From the NCBI GenBank assembly GCA_002686445.1, contig NZCO01000007.1:5483-69482 (forward strand): 64,000 nt of DNA, given 5' to 3'. Under the pieces are notes generated by a model that made no database searches, was not told the DNA's origin, and saw only the letters and a program-made list of their open reading frames with translations. Source of the DNA: a bacterium (GTDB lineage Bacteria; Patescibacteriota; Andersenbacteria; UBA10190). The position numbers and the translations under genes were made by a program. Positions 48,179-57,482 of this stretch are shown here, in pieces. Every line of letters begins with the position of its first letter. Position 1 is the first letter of the stretch.

Positions 48179-49155
48179 AAATCTTAGTTACCGGCGGGGC
48201 TGGCTTTATTGGCTCGCACTTGGTTGAGTTCCTCTTGAAGCATGGTGATGAGGTGATCGTTCTTGATGATTTATCTACTGGACGACTTGAAAATTTAGCC
48301 GACGTGGCGGAGCATCCCGCGTTACAGGTGACGGAAGGCAATGTTACTGACGAGAAGCTAGTTGATGAGCTCGTGCCCAACGTGGATGTCGTGTATCACC
48401 TAGCCGCTTCTGTCGGAGTGAAGAATATCGTCGATAATCTAGTCGAGTCGATTGAAAACAATGTGCGTGGCACGGAAGTAATCTTACGAGCGGCATCAGA
48501 TAATATGAAGCGCATACTACTAACGTCAACCTCTGAAGTGTACGGCCGGACGAACGACGAACCATTTCGCGAGGACGATGATCTACGTATAGGGCCGACG
48601 CGCAAAACGCGCTGGTCGTATGCCTGTTCCAAAGCACTCGATGAGTACCTAGGTTTCGCCTACTACCACGAACGCCAGCTACCGGTGACCGCAGTCCGGC
48701 TCTTTAACACCGTGGGCGAGCGACAGACAGATCAGTACGGCATGGTGCTGCCCACGTTTGTACGGCAAGCCGTTGCCAATGAGCCCATCACCATTTACGG
48801 CGACGGCTCGCAGTCCCGCTGCTTTTGTCACGTAAGCGATGTAGTAACCGCCATACATGGATTAATGAGCAGCCCGGAGACAGCTGGCGAGGTTTATAAC
48901 ATCGGGAGCACAGAAGAGCTTTCGATGAACGACCTGGCCGAGCGAGTACGCACTGTGCTTGGTAGTACCAGTGAAATTACGTATGTGCCGTATGCGGAGG
49001 CGTATAAGGTGGGGTTTGATGACATCTCGCGACGAGTGCCAGATATCAGCAAATTGCTGTCGACTATGGCGTGGAAGCCAACCATCGGCCTTGATGAAAT
49101 CATCACCAGAGTCGCGGCAGCCCAGCAGGAACAGCGAGTGGCAGAAAACGCGTAA
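48175..49155 (+). CDS. NAD-dependent epimerase/dehydratase (GalE/UXS-like SDR)
   Basis: MKILVTGGAGFIGSHLVEFLL...TSTSEVYG...YACSKALDEY (YxxxK). Confidence 0.8.
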   Translation: MKILVTGGAGFIGSHLVEFLLKHGDEVIVLDDLSTGRLENLADVAEHPALQVTEGNVTDEKLVDELVPNVDVVYHLAASVGVKNIVDNLVESIENNVRGTEVILRAASDNMKRILLTSTSEVYGRTNDEPFREDDDLRIGPTRKTRWSYACSKALDEYLGFAYYHERQLPVTAVRLFNTVGERQTDQYGMVLPTFVRQAVANEPITIYGDGSQSRCFCHVSDVVTAIHGLMSSPETAGEVYNIGSTEELSMNDLAERVRTVLGSTSEITYVPYAEAYKVGFDDISRRVPDISKLLSTMAWKPTIGLDEIITRVAAAQQEQRVAENA

Positions 49156-49405
49156 AAGCGTCTTGAAACGGCGTTGACACCAAAAGCTCGTGTGCCATGG
49201 TGTGTGATATCGTAGCCTAAGTCACAGTCCACAAATAACTTAGTTATCTCTCGCCCACTATGCACCAATCTACAACTTTTACTTCGTCACGAAACACTCA
49301 CCGTAAGTTGATTACGCCTCATGTTTCGCTCGGTCGTAAAAGTCGTATCTCGGCACATATTGAACGAGATATGCCCAAGTTATTTGCGGACGGCGCCTAA
49401 GATAC

Positions 49406-51520
49406 ATGAGACAGTTATATCGACAATTACTGATAGTGTTGTTTTTTGCCCTAATTACGGTCGCTATGAGCGCTCCGGCGATAGGCAATATGACCTCGCA
49501 TATTATCGGTCAGGGCGGTGACCCTTGGCAGACCTTATGGCGCTTTGAGCACAAGTATGAAGCCTTAGTCACGGCGCTCGACAGCGGCGGTATTGGTGAA
49601 TTCACAGCCTCTGAATTTTTTGGTCGGGGAGGAGAGCGACTCGTTAACCTATCCGTATGGCCGTGGATGCCAGTGTACGCATTATTCGGACAGCCTCAGG
49701 CGTACAACTTAGTGTGGCTACTCTCGTTCGCCCTCAGCGGTTACGCTATGTATCTGCTCGCTCGATGGTGTATACGTGAATACGCCGTGCCAAGTGAGTC
49801 GATAGCGATCGAGACAGGGGCGATACTAGCAGGGCTGACCTATCAGCTGCTCCCCTTTCACGTGGCACACAGCTACGGACACTTTGGCGCCATGCAGTTG
49901 CAGTGGCTACCACTGTTGTTTTTGGTGCTCTTTTTGTGGCTGAAGCGGCCGACGACTTGGCGGACCATTGGTCTCGCTGCACTCATCACCGTTCAGACTT
50001 GGACAGAGCATCACTATGCACTGTGGTTCGCCATCGCGACTGCGATAATATTCTGGCTGCAGCGTGCGCAGATCAAGCGGCTGCGACATGTTGTGGCCAC
50101 GCGCAAACAATTTCTGTTGCTGGTAGTACTACTCATATTCATTACGCTGCCCTCCATCACGCCCACCGTGCAGTTGGCGACTAGCGACACGACACTTACT
50201 TTAGGGGCCGAGCAGACAGTGCGCTTCTCGGCGGATGCGTTTGCCTACCTGGTGCCAGCGTCATTTCACTCACTCTGGGGTGGTTTCTTCAACACATTTT
50301 TTACCCATCGCTTCACCGGCAACGTAACGGAATCAACAGCCTACCTAGGGATCATCCCGCTGCTGTTGATAATCTTCTTTCACCACAAAGTGCCCGGGTC
50401 ACAACTGAAGCTGTGGCTAACACTAGGTGTTACGTTCTGGCTGCTTAGTTTGGGTCCCCGCCTACACTTGCTCGGACTCGTTACACCGCTGCCGTTGCCA
50501 TACGCGATAATCGACGGCTGGCCCATCTTCTCTGCGATTCGAGCAGTTGGTCGAGCTGGTATAGTCGTCGGTATGAGTCTCGCAGTACTGCTTGGCTGGG
50601 TTGTGGCTACGCAGGTCAAACGACAGAAGTTTGCTTACCTACTTGGTGTCTTATTGCTCGTTGAGTTCTTATTTCTGCCCATGCCACTCATTCCGGCAGT
50701 GCTCTCACCAGCGTACAGCGCCACGCGATCGCTCAGCGGCACCTCCGTTATCGAATTGCCAGCCGCCACCAACTACACCGCCGGCTCACGTGCACTGTAT
50801 GCCACGCTAACGCACGGCAAAGCTGTCGTCGGTAATATTGCCCTGGAGCGCGCCTTGAGTGGTACAGCGCTCACTGAAGCACAATCATTGCCCTCCTTAC
50901 GTCAACTACTGCACTTGCGCACGACACACATTAGACAAGATCGCAACGATTTCTTTGAGCAAGATCCAGTCGAAACCCTGCCGGATACGTTACGTTGGTT
51001 AGATGCTGGTGGCATTTTGGTACACACCGACTCGTTGTCTGTATTACAGCTGGCTACCGTACGAGATTTTCTTGAGGACGACCTTGGCCTCACGCCAGTC
51101 ATGTACGATGATGCGTTGCTCTATGACACAGCGTCACTACTAGAGGGTGCGGTCACTGATGGCGTCTTCATGTCACGCGATGGTCGCTGGGAGAACGTCG
51201 GTTACGATGAGGAACGCGACAGTGTGTTTGCTGAACTAACTAGCGAGGCTAGTACGACACTGTATAACGTAACGACCAGACCACAGGCGGTGCGCCTCAC
51301 CTTCACCATCCCTGATGAGTCACAAGGCAACATGTTAGTTACCGCAGCTAACGGAGCTACAGTCGCCGACGTGGCCGCCACCGCTGGCGAAACCGTCACT
51401 GTTACCTATCAACTACTACCGGGAAGTACCGAATTAACGTGGCGCAACAAGCTGACGCAAAAGGTTATTTTACAGAACCCAGTCCTGTCGGTTTCGAGCA
51501 ATGAGGTCTCAGCGCGCTAA
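49406..51520 (+). CDS. Large polytopic membrane protein, possible GT-C/YfhO-like glycosyltransferase
   Basis: 704 aa. ~12 TM helices with conserved-looking periplasmic loops (GDPWQTLWRF, VWPWMPVYALFGQP) and a ~200-aa C-terminal soluble domain. No definitive family assigned. Confidence 0.4.
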   Translation: MRQLYRQLLIVLFFALITVAMSAPAIGNMTSHIIGQGGDPWQTLWRFEHKYEALVTALDSGGIGEFTASEFFGRGGERLVNLSVWPWMPVYALFGQPQAYNLVWLLSFALSGYAMYLLARWCIREYAVPSESIAIETGAILAGLTYQLLPFHVAHSYGHFGAMQLQWLPLLFLVLFLWLKRPTTWRTIGLAALITVQTWTEHHYALWFAIATAIIFWLQRAQIKRLRHVVATRKQFLLLVVLLIFITLPSITPTVQLATSDTTLTLGAEQTVRFSADAFAYLVPASFHSLWGGFFNTFFTHRFTGNVTESTAYLGIIPLLLIIFFHHKVPGSQLKLWLTLGVTFWLLSLGPRLHLLGLVTPLPLPYAIIDGWPIFSAIRAVGRAGIVVGMSLAVLLGWVVATQVKRQKFAYLLGVLLLVEFLFLPMPLIPAVLSPAYSATRSLSGTSVIELPAATNYTAGSRALYATLTHGKAVVGNIALERALSGTALTEAQSLPSLRQLLHLRTTHIRQDRNDFFEQDPVETLPDTLRWLDAGGILVHTDSLSVLQLATVRDFLEDDLGLTPVMYDDALLYDTASLLEGAVTDGVFMSRDGRWENVGYDEERDSVFAELTSEASTTLYNVTTRPQAVRLTFTIPDESQGNMLVTAANGATVADVAATAGETVTVTYQLLPGSTELTWRNKLTQKVILQNPVLSVSSNEVSAR

Positions 51521-51529
51521 TTACGAACC

Positions 51530-52699
51530 ATGCGCATTCTGATATTTAATTTTGAGTATCCGCCACTTGGTGGGGGGGGAGGAGTAGCCACCAAGGACTT
51601 GGCGCAAGAGTTAGCCAAGGACAATGAGGTGCACGTGATTACCACGGCCCCCTCGAGGCAGCTAAAGGAGAGTCTGGGGGATGTGCCCATCGAAGAAGTC
51701 AGCGGCAACCTACATGTCCACCGCGTACCCGTGATTGGCCGTACCCAAGTGGCGGTCAGTAGCCTTATTTCGATGCTCACGTTCGTGCCAACGGCAGGGT
51801 GGTATGGCTGGCGTCTAACGACTCGCGTGCAGTTTGATGTCATAAACGCCCAGTTTGCGGTGCCATCAGGGCTGCCAGCTGCACTAGTAGCCCGCTTACG
51901 CAGTATTCCGTTTGTGCTCAGTTTTATTGGCGGTGACCTCTATGACCCAAGTAAGGGCGTCTCCCCACACCGACATCCAATTTTGCGTTGGCTTATTCGC
52001 CGCATAGCTGCGCAAGCGACCGTGGCTACCGCCATCTCGGAAGACACCAAACGACGCGCTAGAGAGTTGCATAGCGTTACTCTACCGATTGAAGTAACCC
52101 ACATTGGACTGGTGCCACGAAAGTTCGGGACAGCATCGCGCGCGCAGCTCAAGCTACCAGAAGCCGCGCAACTGGCGGTCACGGTCGGGCGACTGATTCC
52201 GCGTAAGGGGTACCGCGAGCTGCTCGCAGCCTGGGCAGACGTACCGGAAGCTCACCTGGCCATTATAGGTGACGGCCCACTGCGCGATGAGCTGACCAGC
52301 TTGGCCGAGAGCCTGGGTATAACAGATCGAGTGCGGTTACTGGGGTATCAGTCAGAGGAGATCAAAGCGCAGGTGCTACGCGCTGCCGACTACTACGTAT
52401 CAGCCGCTCAACACGAAGGTTTCGGTATTGTGTTCCTCGAGGCTATGGCGGCTGGCTTACCAATCGTAGCCACCAACAATGGTGGCCACACCGACTTCCT
52501 TACTACCCAACGCAACGCGCTATTAGTCCCACCGGGCAATAAAGAAGAGTTGGTGAAAGCGCTGGCTCGACTGACTGCCGATACCAATCTGCAGACGAGT
52601 ATGGCGGCTGCAAATAAGGAAGATGTACGTGAGTTCTACGTGGACAAGACTTCTGCCCGATTTATGAATGTACTACGCGGCGCCATTGAACGCGGCTAA
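51530..52699 (+). CDS. Glycosyltransferase family 4
   Basis: EGFGIVFLEAMAAGLPIVATNNGGHTDFL. Confidence 0.8.
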   Translation: MRILIFNFEYPPLGGGGGVATKDLAQELAKDNEVHVITTAPSRQLKESLGDVPIEEVSGNLHVHRVPVIGRTQVAVSSLISMLTFVPTAGWYGWRLTTRVQFDVINAQFAVPSGLPAALVARLRSIPFVLSFIGGDLYDPSKGVSPHRHPILRWLIRRIAAQATVATAISEDTKRRARELHSVTLPIEVTHIGLVPRKFGTASRAQLKLPEAAQLAVTVGRLIPRKGYRELLAAWADVPEAHLAIIGDGPLRDELTSLAESLGITDRVRLLGYQSEEIKAQVLRAADYYVSAAQHEGFGIVFLEAMAAGLPIVATNNGGHTDFLTTQRNALLVPPGNKEELVKALARLTADTNLQTSMAAANKEDVREFYVDKTSARFMNVLRGAIERG

Positions 52700-52709
52700 T
52701 CCAAACGAT

Positions 52710-53771
52710 ATGCGTGTTGTAATCGAAGCTCGAGCCCTGGCACTACCTACTGGAGGTATCCGCAACTACGTGCGCGAGCTCGTGGCTGCACTTGAACGCT
52801 CAGCGCAGCAGGATGAGTTCGTGACCGTTGGTACAGATCGAAAACCGGGAATACTGCTGTCGTATTGGCTGAATGGTTCGCTACCCAAAGAAATCTCAGC
52901 TCTCAAACCCGATGTAGTGCATTTTACGAAGGCAGCGGTTCCAAAACACACGAGCTGGCCGACAGTGGTAACTATCTATGACGTTATCCCGCTGCTGTTC
53001 CCGCAGTCGCAGAAATTCGGCCGCGCTGGCTATTGGCACAAGGCACTGCGGCACGCAGCGTCGCGGAGCGATCACGTCATCACTATTTCCGAGGCCAGCA
53101 AACGAGATATTATTAGACATCTACAAGTCGACGCCGGCAAAGTCTCCGTGACTCCCTTGGCCGCTGATTCTACCCGCTTTAAGCCCCAAAGCGAGCCTGC
53201 GGCGAGTCCATACATACTGTTTGTCGGTACTCGCGAACCCCGCAAGAATATTTCTAGTCTACTGCGAGCATTTGCAACGATACAGGATGAAGTAACGCAT
53301 GATCTCATTATCGCTGGACGTGTCCACTCAAACCCCCGGGATGAGCAGAAATTAGCCACCGATCTCGGCATTGCTGATCGCGTTGAGTGGCGAACTGATG
53401 TTTCAGACGGAGAGTTGCCTTCGCTGTACGCCCAGGCCAGCCTGTTTGTCCTACCCTCGATCTATGAAGGGTGGGGCTTTCCCGCCCAAGAGGCGATGAC
53501 GTCGGGGACACCAGTGATTGTCAGTGATGGTGGGTCACTACCTGAGGTTGTTGGGGACGCAGGGATTGTCGTCAAGTTCAGCACTGCTGATCTCACCGAG
53601 CGCATGCGAGACGACTTGTTTGAACGAGAGCTTGGCTTACAAATGGTCCGTGTGCTGAGTGACGAGCAGCTGGCAAACGATCTGCGAATTAAGGGACTCG
53701 CGCAGGCAGCATCTTCTAGTTGGGACACCGTAGCGGCAGCAACAAAGCAGATATATAATTCGGTGCGGTAA
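52710..53771 (+). CDS. Glycosyltransferase family 4
   Basis: MRVVIEARALALPTGGIRNY start (the ORF-track start at 52668 would overlap the upstream gene). EGWGFPAQEAMTSGTPVIVSDGGSLPEVV. Confidence 0.8.
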   Translation: MRVVIEARALALPTGGIRNYVRELVAALERSAQQDEFVTVGTDRKPGILLSYWLNGSLPKEISALKPDVVHFTKAAVPKHTSWPTVVTIYDVIPLLFPQSQKFGRAGYWHKALRHAASRSDHVITISEASKRDIIRHLQVDAGKVSVTPLAADSTRFKPQSEPAASPYILFVGTREPRKNISSLLRAFATIQDEVTHDLIIAGRVHSNPRDEQKLATDLGIADRVEWRTDVSDGELPSLYAQASLFVLPSIYEGWGFPAQEAMTSGTPVIVSDGGSLPEVVGDAGIVVKFSTADLTERMRDDLFERELGLQMVRVLSDEQLANDLRIKGLAQAASSSWDTVAAATKQIYNSVR

Positions 53772-53817
53772 TACATCGCGACGAAATTTGCCCAACTGAA
53801 CGTATAGTAATAACAGC

Positions 53818-54945
53818 ATGCTAAAAGTCGCCTACATCACCAATAGTGGACCGAAATCAGGAGTGGGTGTTCGAGCTCTAGAGATCTTGAAACAGCTGAG
53901 AGCACTCGACGATGTAGCAGTAACAGTATTCCATCTGGACGGTGAGCGTGGTGTCGCCTTCCGCGGCGGCGAGGAGATTTTCCGCGTCGGTTCAATGCCC
54001 GGAATACTTGGCTCAAAAACTATTAATTGGATTCGGCTCGGTCGTAGGTTGAGCCGTTTTGTAGACGATTTCGACGTAGTACATGCTACGAATCAAACCT
54101 TAAGCTTCATCTCGACTAGCAAACCGCTGGTCGTAACAGTGCACGACATCATTGAGTTGCTTGAGCCACAGAGTGGCCTGAGCGGCTGGGCTGCCCGCTA
54201 CTTATATTCCGGACTAGTTGGCGCCTCCCAACTGATCGCCGTGTCCCAATACACGGCCGATACAGTGACGCAGAAGCTAGGTGTACCAGTTGAGCGCATT
54301 GCTCTTTCCCCAAACGCGACTGGCACAGCGTTTGCGCCCATCCCCGAGTTTACAACGAGTTTGGGCTATCAAACGCTGCGTCAGGAATTACGACTCAAAC
54401 CGGACGATCAGGTGGTTCTGTACGTTGGGTCAGATCATCCCCGCAAGAACGTGGTGACAGCGCTGAGCACGTTTGCTGCCGTGCAGCATGACATACCAAA
54501 CACCGTGTTCGTAAAGGTTGGTCGGGCCGGATTGCTGGCGGGCCGGGAGGAAACACTGGCGGAAATTGATCGTCTTGGCATTCGCGATGCTGCGCGCGTG
54601 CTTGATGCCGTATCCACACAGCGACTCAATGAGCTCTACAATCTGGCAGACGTATTGCTCTACCCCTCCTTGTTCGAGGGTTTTGGATTACCCCCGCTGC
54701 AGGCAATGGCGGCAGGGACCGCCGTGGTGACCTCAAACGCAACGTCCCTGCCCGAAGTGGTCGGCGAGGCAGCGCGGGTCTGTGCACCAACGGACACGGA
54801 CTGTCTCACCAAAGCTGTCGCAGAAATATTGGGTAACCCCCAGTTGCGATCTGACATGGCGCAGGCGGGCATTAAGCAGGCCGGGGGGTTTAGCTGGGAA
54901 ACGTCAGCTAATATGGTACGCGCAGCATACGATCAAGTGCTATGA
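53818..54945 (+). CDS. Glycosyltransferase family 4
   Basis: EGFGLPPLQAMAAGTAVVTSNATSLPEVV. Confidence 0.8.
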   Translation: MLKVAYITNSGPKSGVGVRALEILKQLRALDDVAVTVFHLDGERGVAFRGGEEIFRVGSMPGILGSKTINWIRLGRRLSRFVDDFDVVHATNQTLSFISTSKPLVVTVHDIIELLEPQSGLSGWAARYLYSGLVGASQLIAVSQYTADTVTQKLGVPVERIALSPNATGTAFAPIPEFTTSLGYQTLRQELRLKPDDQVVLYVGSDHPRKNVVTALSTFAAVQHDIPNTVFVKVGRAGLLAGREETLAEIDRLGIRDAARVLDAVSTQRLNELYNLADVLLYPSLFEGFGLPPLQAMAAGTAVVTSNATSLPEVVGEAARVCAPTDTDCLTKAVAEILGNPQLRSDMAQAGIKQAGGFSWETSANMVRAAYDQVL

Positions 54946-56204
54946 AACTTTTGTTCTTAAGTTCGTTATATCCGCCACATAGTAAGGGTGGCGGTGAAAT
55001 TTCAACTCACTTAGTAGCTCGCGGACTCGTACAGCGCGGACATAGTGTCACGGTGATCACGGGTGCCGCCGGTAGCGAGCGTGGTGCGCGAACTCGCGAG
55101 CTCGATGGTGTGCATATCAAGGAAGTGTCCCTGCCGCTGACGGCCAAGCCGCTCTTTGAACGCCAGCATGCGCGGCGTATCGCCACCAGCTTAGCTGAGT
55201 TCATACCCGGCCTGGCGAAGTTCGATGTGGTTCATGCCCACGACTTCCGATCCGCCCTGGTACTCCACGAGCTCGTTCGGGCCGGCATCGTACCGCGAGC
55301 GAGCGCGACTGTTACAGCCCGCGACTATGCGCAAATATGTGGCTCCCCCAACAACTTGATGGCGGATGGACAGTCGTGCACTGACTGTGCCCGTCTGTCA
55401 TGTATTGTCCGAAACCAGGCCGTGGTGGAAGCTTCCCTGCTGCGACGCCCTTTTCGTATCTGGCAGTACTGGTACAACATCGGCTATCGCCGCAAGGCAT
55501 TTCTGTCATTTGCCTCACAGATATTTATTTCTAATGCGCAGCAACAGGAAATAGCTGCGATTCAAGATCTGAGCGCGCAGACTACAGACGTTATATATAA
55601 TCCAGTTGCGCCAAACTATTTGAGTAAAAAAACGAACTCGGGATTCGGGCAGACCATTTTGTATACGGGTCGCGTTCAGCACTACAAGGGAGTGGGCCTG
55701 CTACTTGAGGCATTTCGCAAGCTACTGACAACGCACCCCGACATGCAATTGCGAATCGTGGGGGATGGCGACCAAAGGCAAGAGTATGAGGCGCTGGTAG
55801 CGCGGTGGGGGCTGCAGTATAAAATCAGGTTCACTAATCACGTAGCGTATGAACGATTAGTTGACCTGTATGACGAGGCCGCGATTGTGGTTGCTCCACA
55901 CGTGTGGGTGGAGCCCTTCGGACGCACTGTGGTCGAGGCAATGGCTCGAGCACGCATCGTCGTCGTAGCTGATACGGGCGGGCCTGCTGAAGTGGTGACA
56001 AACGGCCAGACCGGGTATACGTTTCGGGCAGGCGATAGTGCCGACCTAGCCCACACTATGGGCCACGCCCTCGCATCCGGCGAACTTCGTCGCCGGGCGC
56101 TGCAACGTCAAGCGCGCACCTGGGTGACTGACAACATTTCTATGGACATGATCGCCTCACGCTACGAGGATTTTTACCGCCGAGCCGTTATTGGGAGCCG
56201 ATGA
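54942..56204 (+). CDS. Glycosyltransferase family 4
   Basis: MKLLFLSSLYPPHSKGGGE typical start. EPFGRTVVEAMARARIVVVADTGGPAEVV. Confidence 0.8.
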   Translation: MKLLFLSSLYPPHSKGGGEISTHLVARGLVQRGHSVTVITGAAGSERGARTRELDGVHIKEVSLPLTAKPLFERQHARRIATSLAEFIPGLAKFDVVHAHDFRSALVLHELVRAGIVPRASATVTARDYAQICGSPNNLMADGQSCTDCARLSCIVRNQAVVEASLLRRPFRIWQYWYNIGYRRKAFLSFASQIFISNAQQQEIAAIQDLSAQTTDVIYNPVAPNYLSKKTNSGFGQTILYTGRVQHYKGVGLLLEAFRKLLTTHPDMQLRIVGDGDQRQEYEALVARWGLQYKIRFTNHVAYERLVDLYDEAAIVVAPHVWVEPFGRTVVEAMARARIVVVADTGGPAEVVTNGQTGYTFRAGDSADLAHTMGHALASGELRRRALQRQARTWVTDNISMDMIASRYEDFYRRAVIGSR

Positions 56205-56214
56205 TATCCCCGGT

Positions 56215-56385
56215 CCGCCTCCGCCAGCAGGCGGGTGGCGGAGTCGCGGGAGTGGGAGGCTTTCGTAAATGTTGCGGCGGCGGCCGCCTCTCTGCCAACA
56301 AAACGACCCTGGTTCCATTCGCCTCGCAAATACCCCGTGGCAATATGCCTGCTGGCAGGCAGGGCCACGGGGTGGCGAATGGATC
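56215..56385. other. Hairpin-dense GC-rich convergent intergenic region (terminator cluster or structured RNA)
   Basis: CTCCGCCA-9nt-TGGCGGAG hairpin at 56218-56242. 14-bp palindrome GGCGGCCGGCCGCC at 56275-56288. A 68-nt nested hairpin at 56315-56382 (CCATTCGCC...CCCCGTGGC...GCCTGC-tg-GCAGGC...GCCACGGGG-t-GGCGAATGG) is followed by ATCGTTTTAT. Confidence 0.45.
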
Positions 56386-56388
56386 GTT

Positions 56389-57444
56389 TTATAAGTACGT
56401 AAGCGCTGCCTGCTCTACTTGCACGGTCGTGAGACCAAGCAGCGACTCATGTGTAGTTTGACCCAGATCTTGCTGCAGCTCGGTCGTATAGACAGCGCTA
56501 CTACCCTCCGCTCGCAAGCTGACAGCCTCCTGACCTCTCGGGCCAGTTAACTGCTCATCAGTTGGCCCGAATAAACCAATTGTCGGCGTGCCGGTGGCTG
56601 CCGCTAAATGCATTAATCCTGAGTCATTCGCCACTACCGCAGCACACTGTTGCATAACGCCAGCGGTCGCCAACAACGACCCAGACACAGCTGATGCATG
56701 TCTGCCGATGCCTGCAACCAACCTATTTTTTAAATCACCTTCATCTGGTCCACCGAAAACCGCTACATGGGCGTTGTGTTTAGTCGTTAGGGTACGGCCC
56801 AGCTCAATAAACCGCTCGCGCGGCCAGCGCTTCCAGGCAAAATCGGGTGCTGAGCCAGCGTGGAGCCCTACCAAGCGACGGGAGGCGTCAATGCGCATGC
56901 CCGCAATCAGTTTTTCAGCCGCAGCCTTGTCTGCTGGCTCCAGTGGGGGAATCGAATACGGGCTATTGTGGTACGGCGAATCATCGATACCCAGCTCGCT
57001 CAGCAGCCGTAGGTTCTGCTCGATGTCATGCATGCCCTCTACTTCGGGAATCGCCCTTGTTAGCAAAAAAGAACTTTTGGGATTGCCTAGGTATGCATAG
57101 TGATGGCCAATGCGTTCATGTATGCCGGCCAAGAACATCTGGGCGGCGCCTTTCCACAACTGCCCGGGAGATAGCATGATGGCGAGATCAAAACGCCGCG
57201 AGATCAGGTTCCAAGTGTGTAGTCCCGTCAGCAGCACTGACCGTCGGATCGGGGCTTCAATAACCTTATCGACGTTCGGATCAGCTAAGGCGAGCGCCTT
57301 CGTGCCGCGCGGTGCCACCCACACTGTAATCTTCGCGCTGGGCCACTCCTCCTTGAGCGCCGCAATCGTCGGCGCCTGCATTAGGTAGTTACCAATGCCC
57401 GACAACGACAGAAATAGTATTTTTTGCGATTGGTCTGAATCCAT
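56389..57444 (-). CDS. Glycosyltransferase family 9 (ADP-heptose:LPS heptosyltransferase-like)
   Basis: ILFLSLSGIGNYLMQAPTIAALKEEWPSAKITVWV (GT9 N-terminal pattern) and DSGLMHLAAATGTPTIGLFGPT (GT9 C-terminal signature). Confidence 0.75.
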   Translation of the reverse strand: MDSDQSQKILFLSLSGIGNYLMQAPTIAALKEEWPSAKITVWVAPRGTKALALADPNVDKVIEAPIRRSVLLTGLHTWNLISRRFDLAIMLSPGQLWKGAAQMFLAGIHERIGHHYAYLGNPKSSFLLTRAIPEVEGMHDIEQNLRLLSELGIDDSPYHNSPYSIPPLEPADKAAAEKLIAGMRIDASRRLVGLHAGSAPDFAWKRWPRERFIELGRTLTTKHNAHVAVFGGPDEGDLKNRLVAGIGRHASAVSGSLLATAGVMQQCAAVVANDSGLMHLAAATGTPTIGLFGPTDEQLTGPRGQEAVSLRAEGSSAVYTTELQQDLGQTTHESLLGLTTVQVEQAALTYL

Positions 57445-57482
57445 ACGAGATGTGCTCCTTAGCAGTATATCAGGAGTATCAC

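Noticed and set aside
49156-49521. ORF 49321-49521 (66 aa) and a TTGACA-like hexamer at 49176 in the 250-bp intergenic region
   Set aside because: The ORF overlaps the start of the well-supported 49406 gene and has no RBS. The TTGACA lacks an acceptable -10 at 16-19 bp spacing, so no promoter call was made.
39467-55518. Numerous 60-160-aa ORFs overlapping the GT4/GT2/MTase genes (e.g. 39467-39655-, 40273-40524-, 41276-41614+, 43484-43786-, 44424-44753+, 46099-46584+, 52766-53511-, 54395-54872-)
   Set aside because: All are nested in or antisense to CDSs with canonical GT4 E-X7-E or MTase motifs. No RBS or family signal.
56174-56461. ORFs 56201-56461+ (86 aa) and 56174-56368- (64 aa)
   Set aside because: They coincide with the hairpin/palindrome-rich GC spacer. 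Their Gly/Arg/Ala-rich translations are what such repeats produce by chance.
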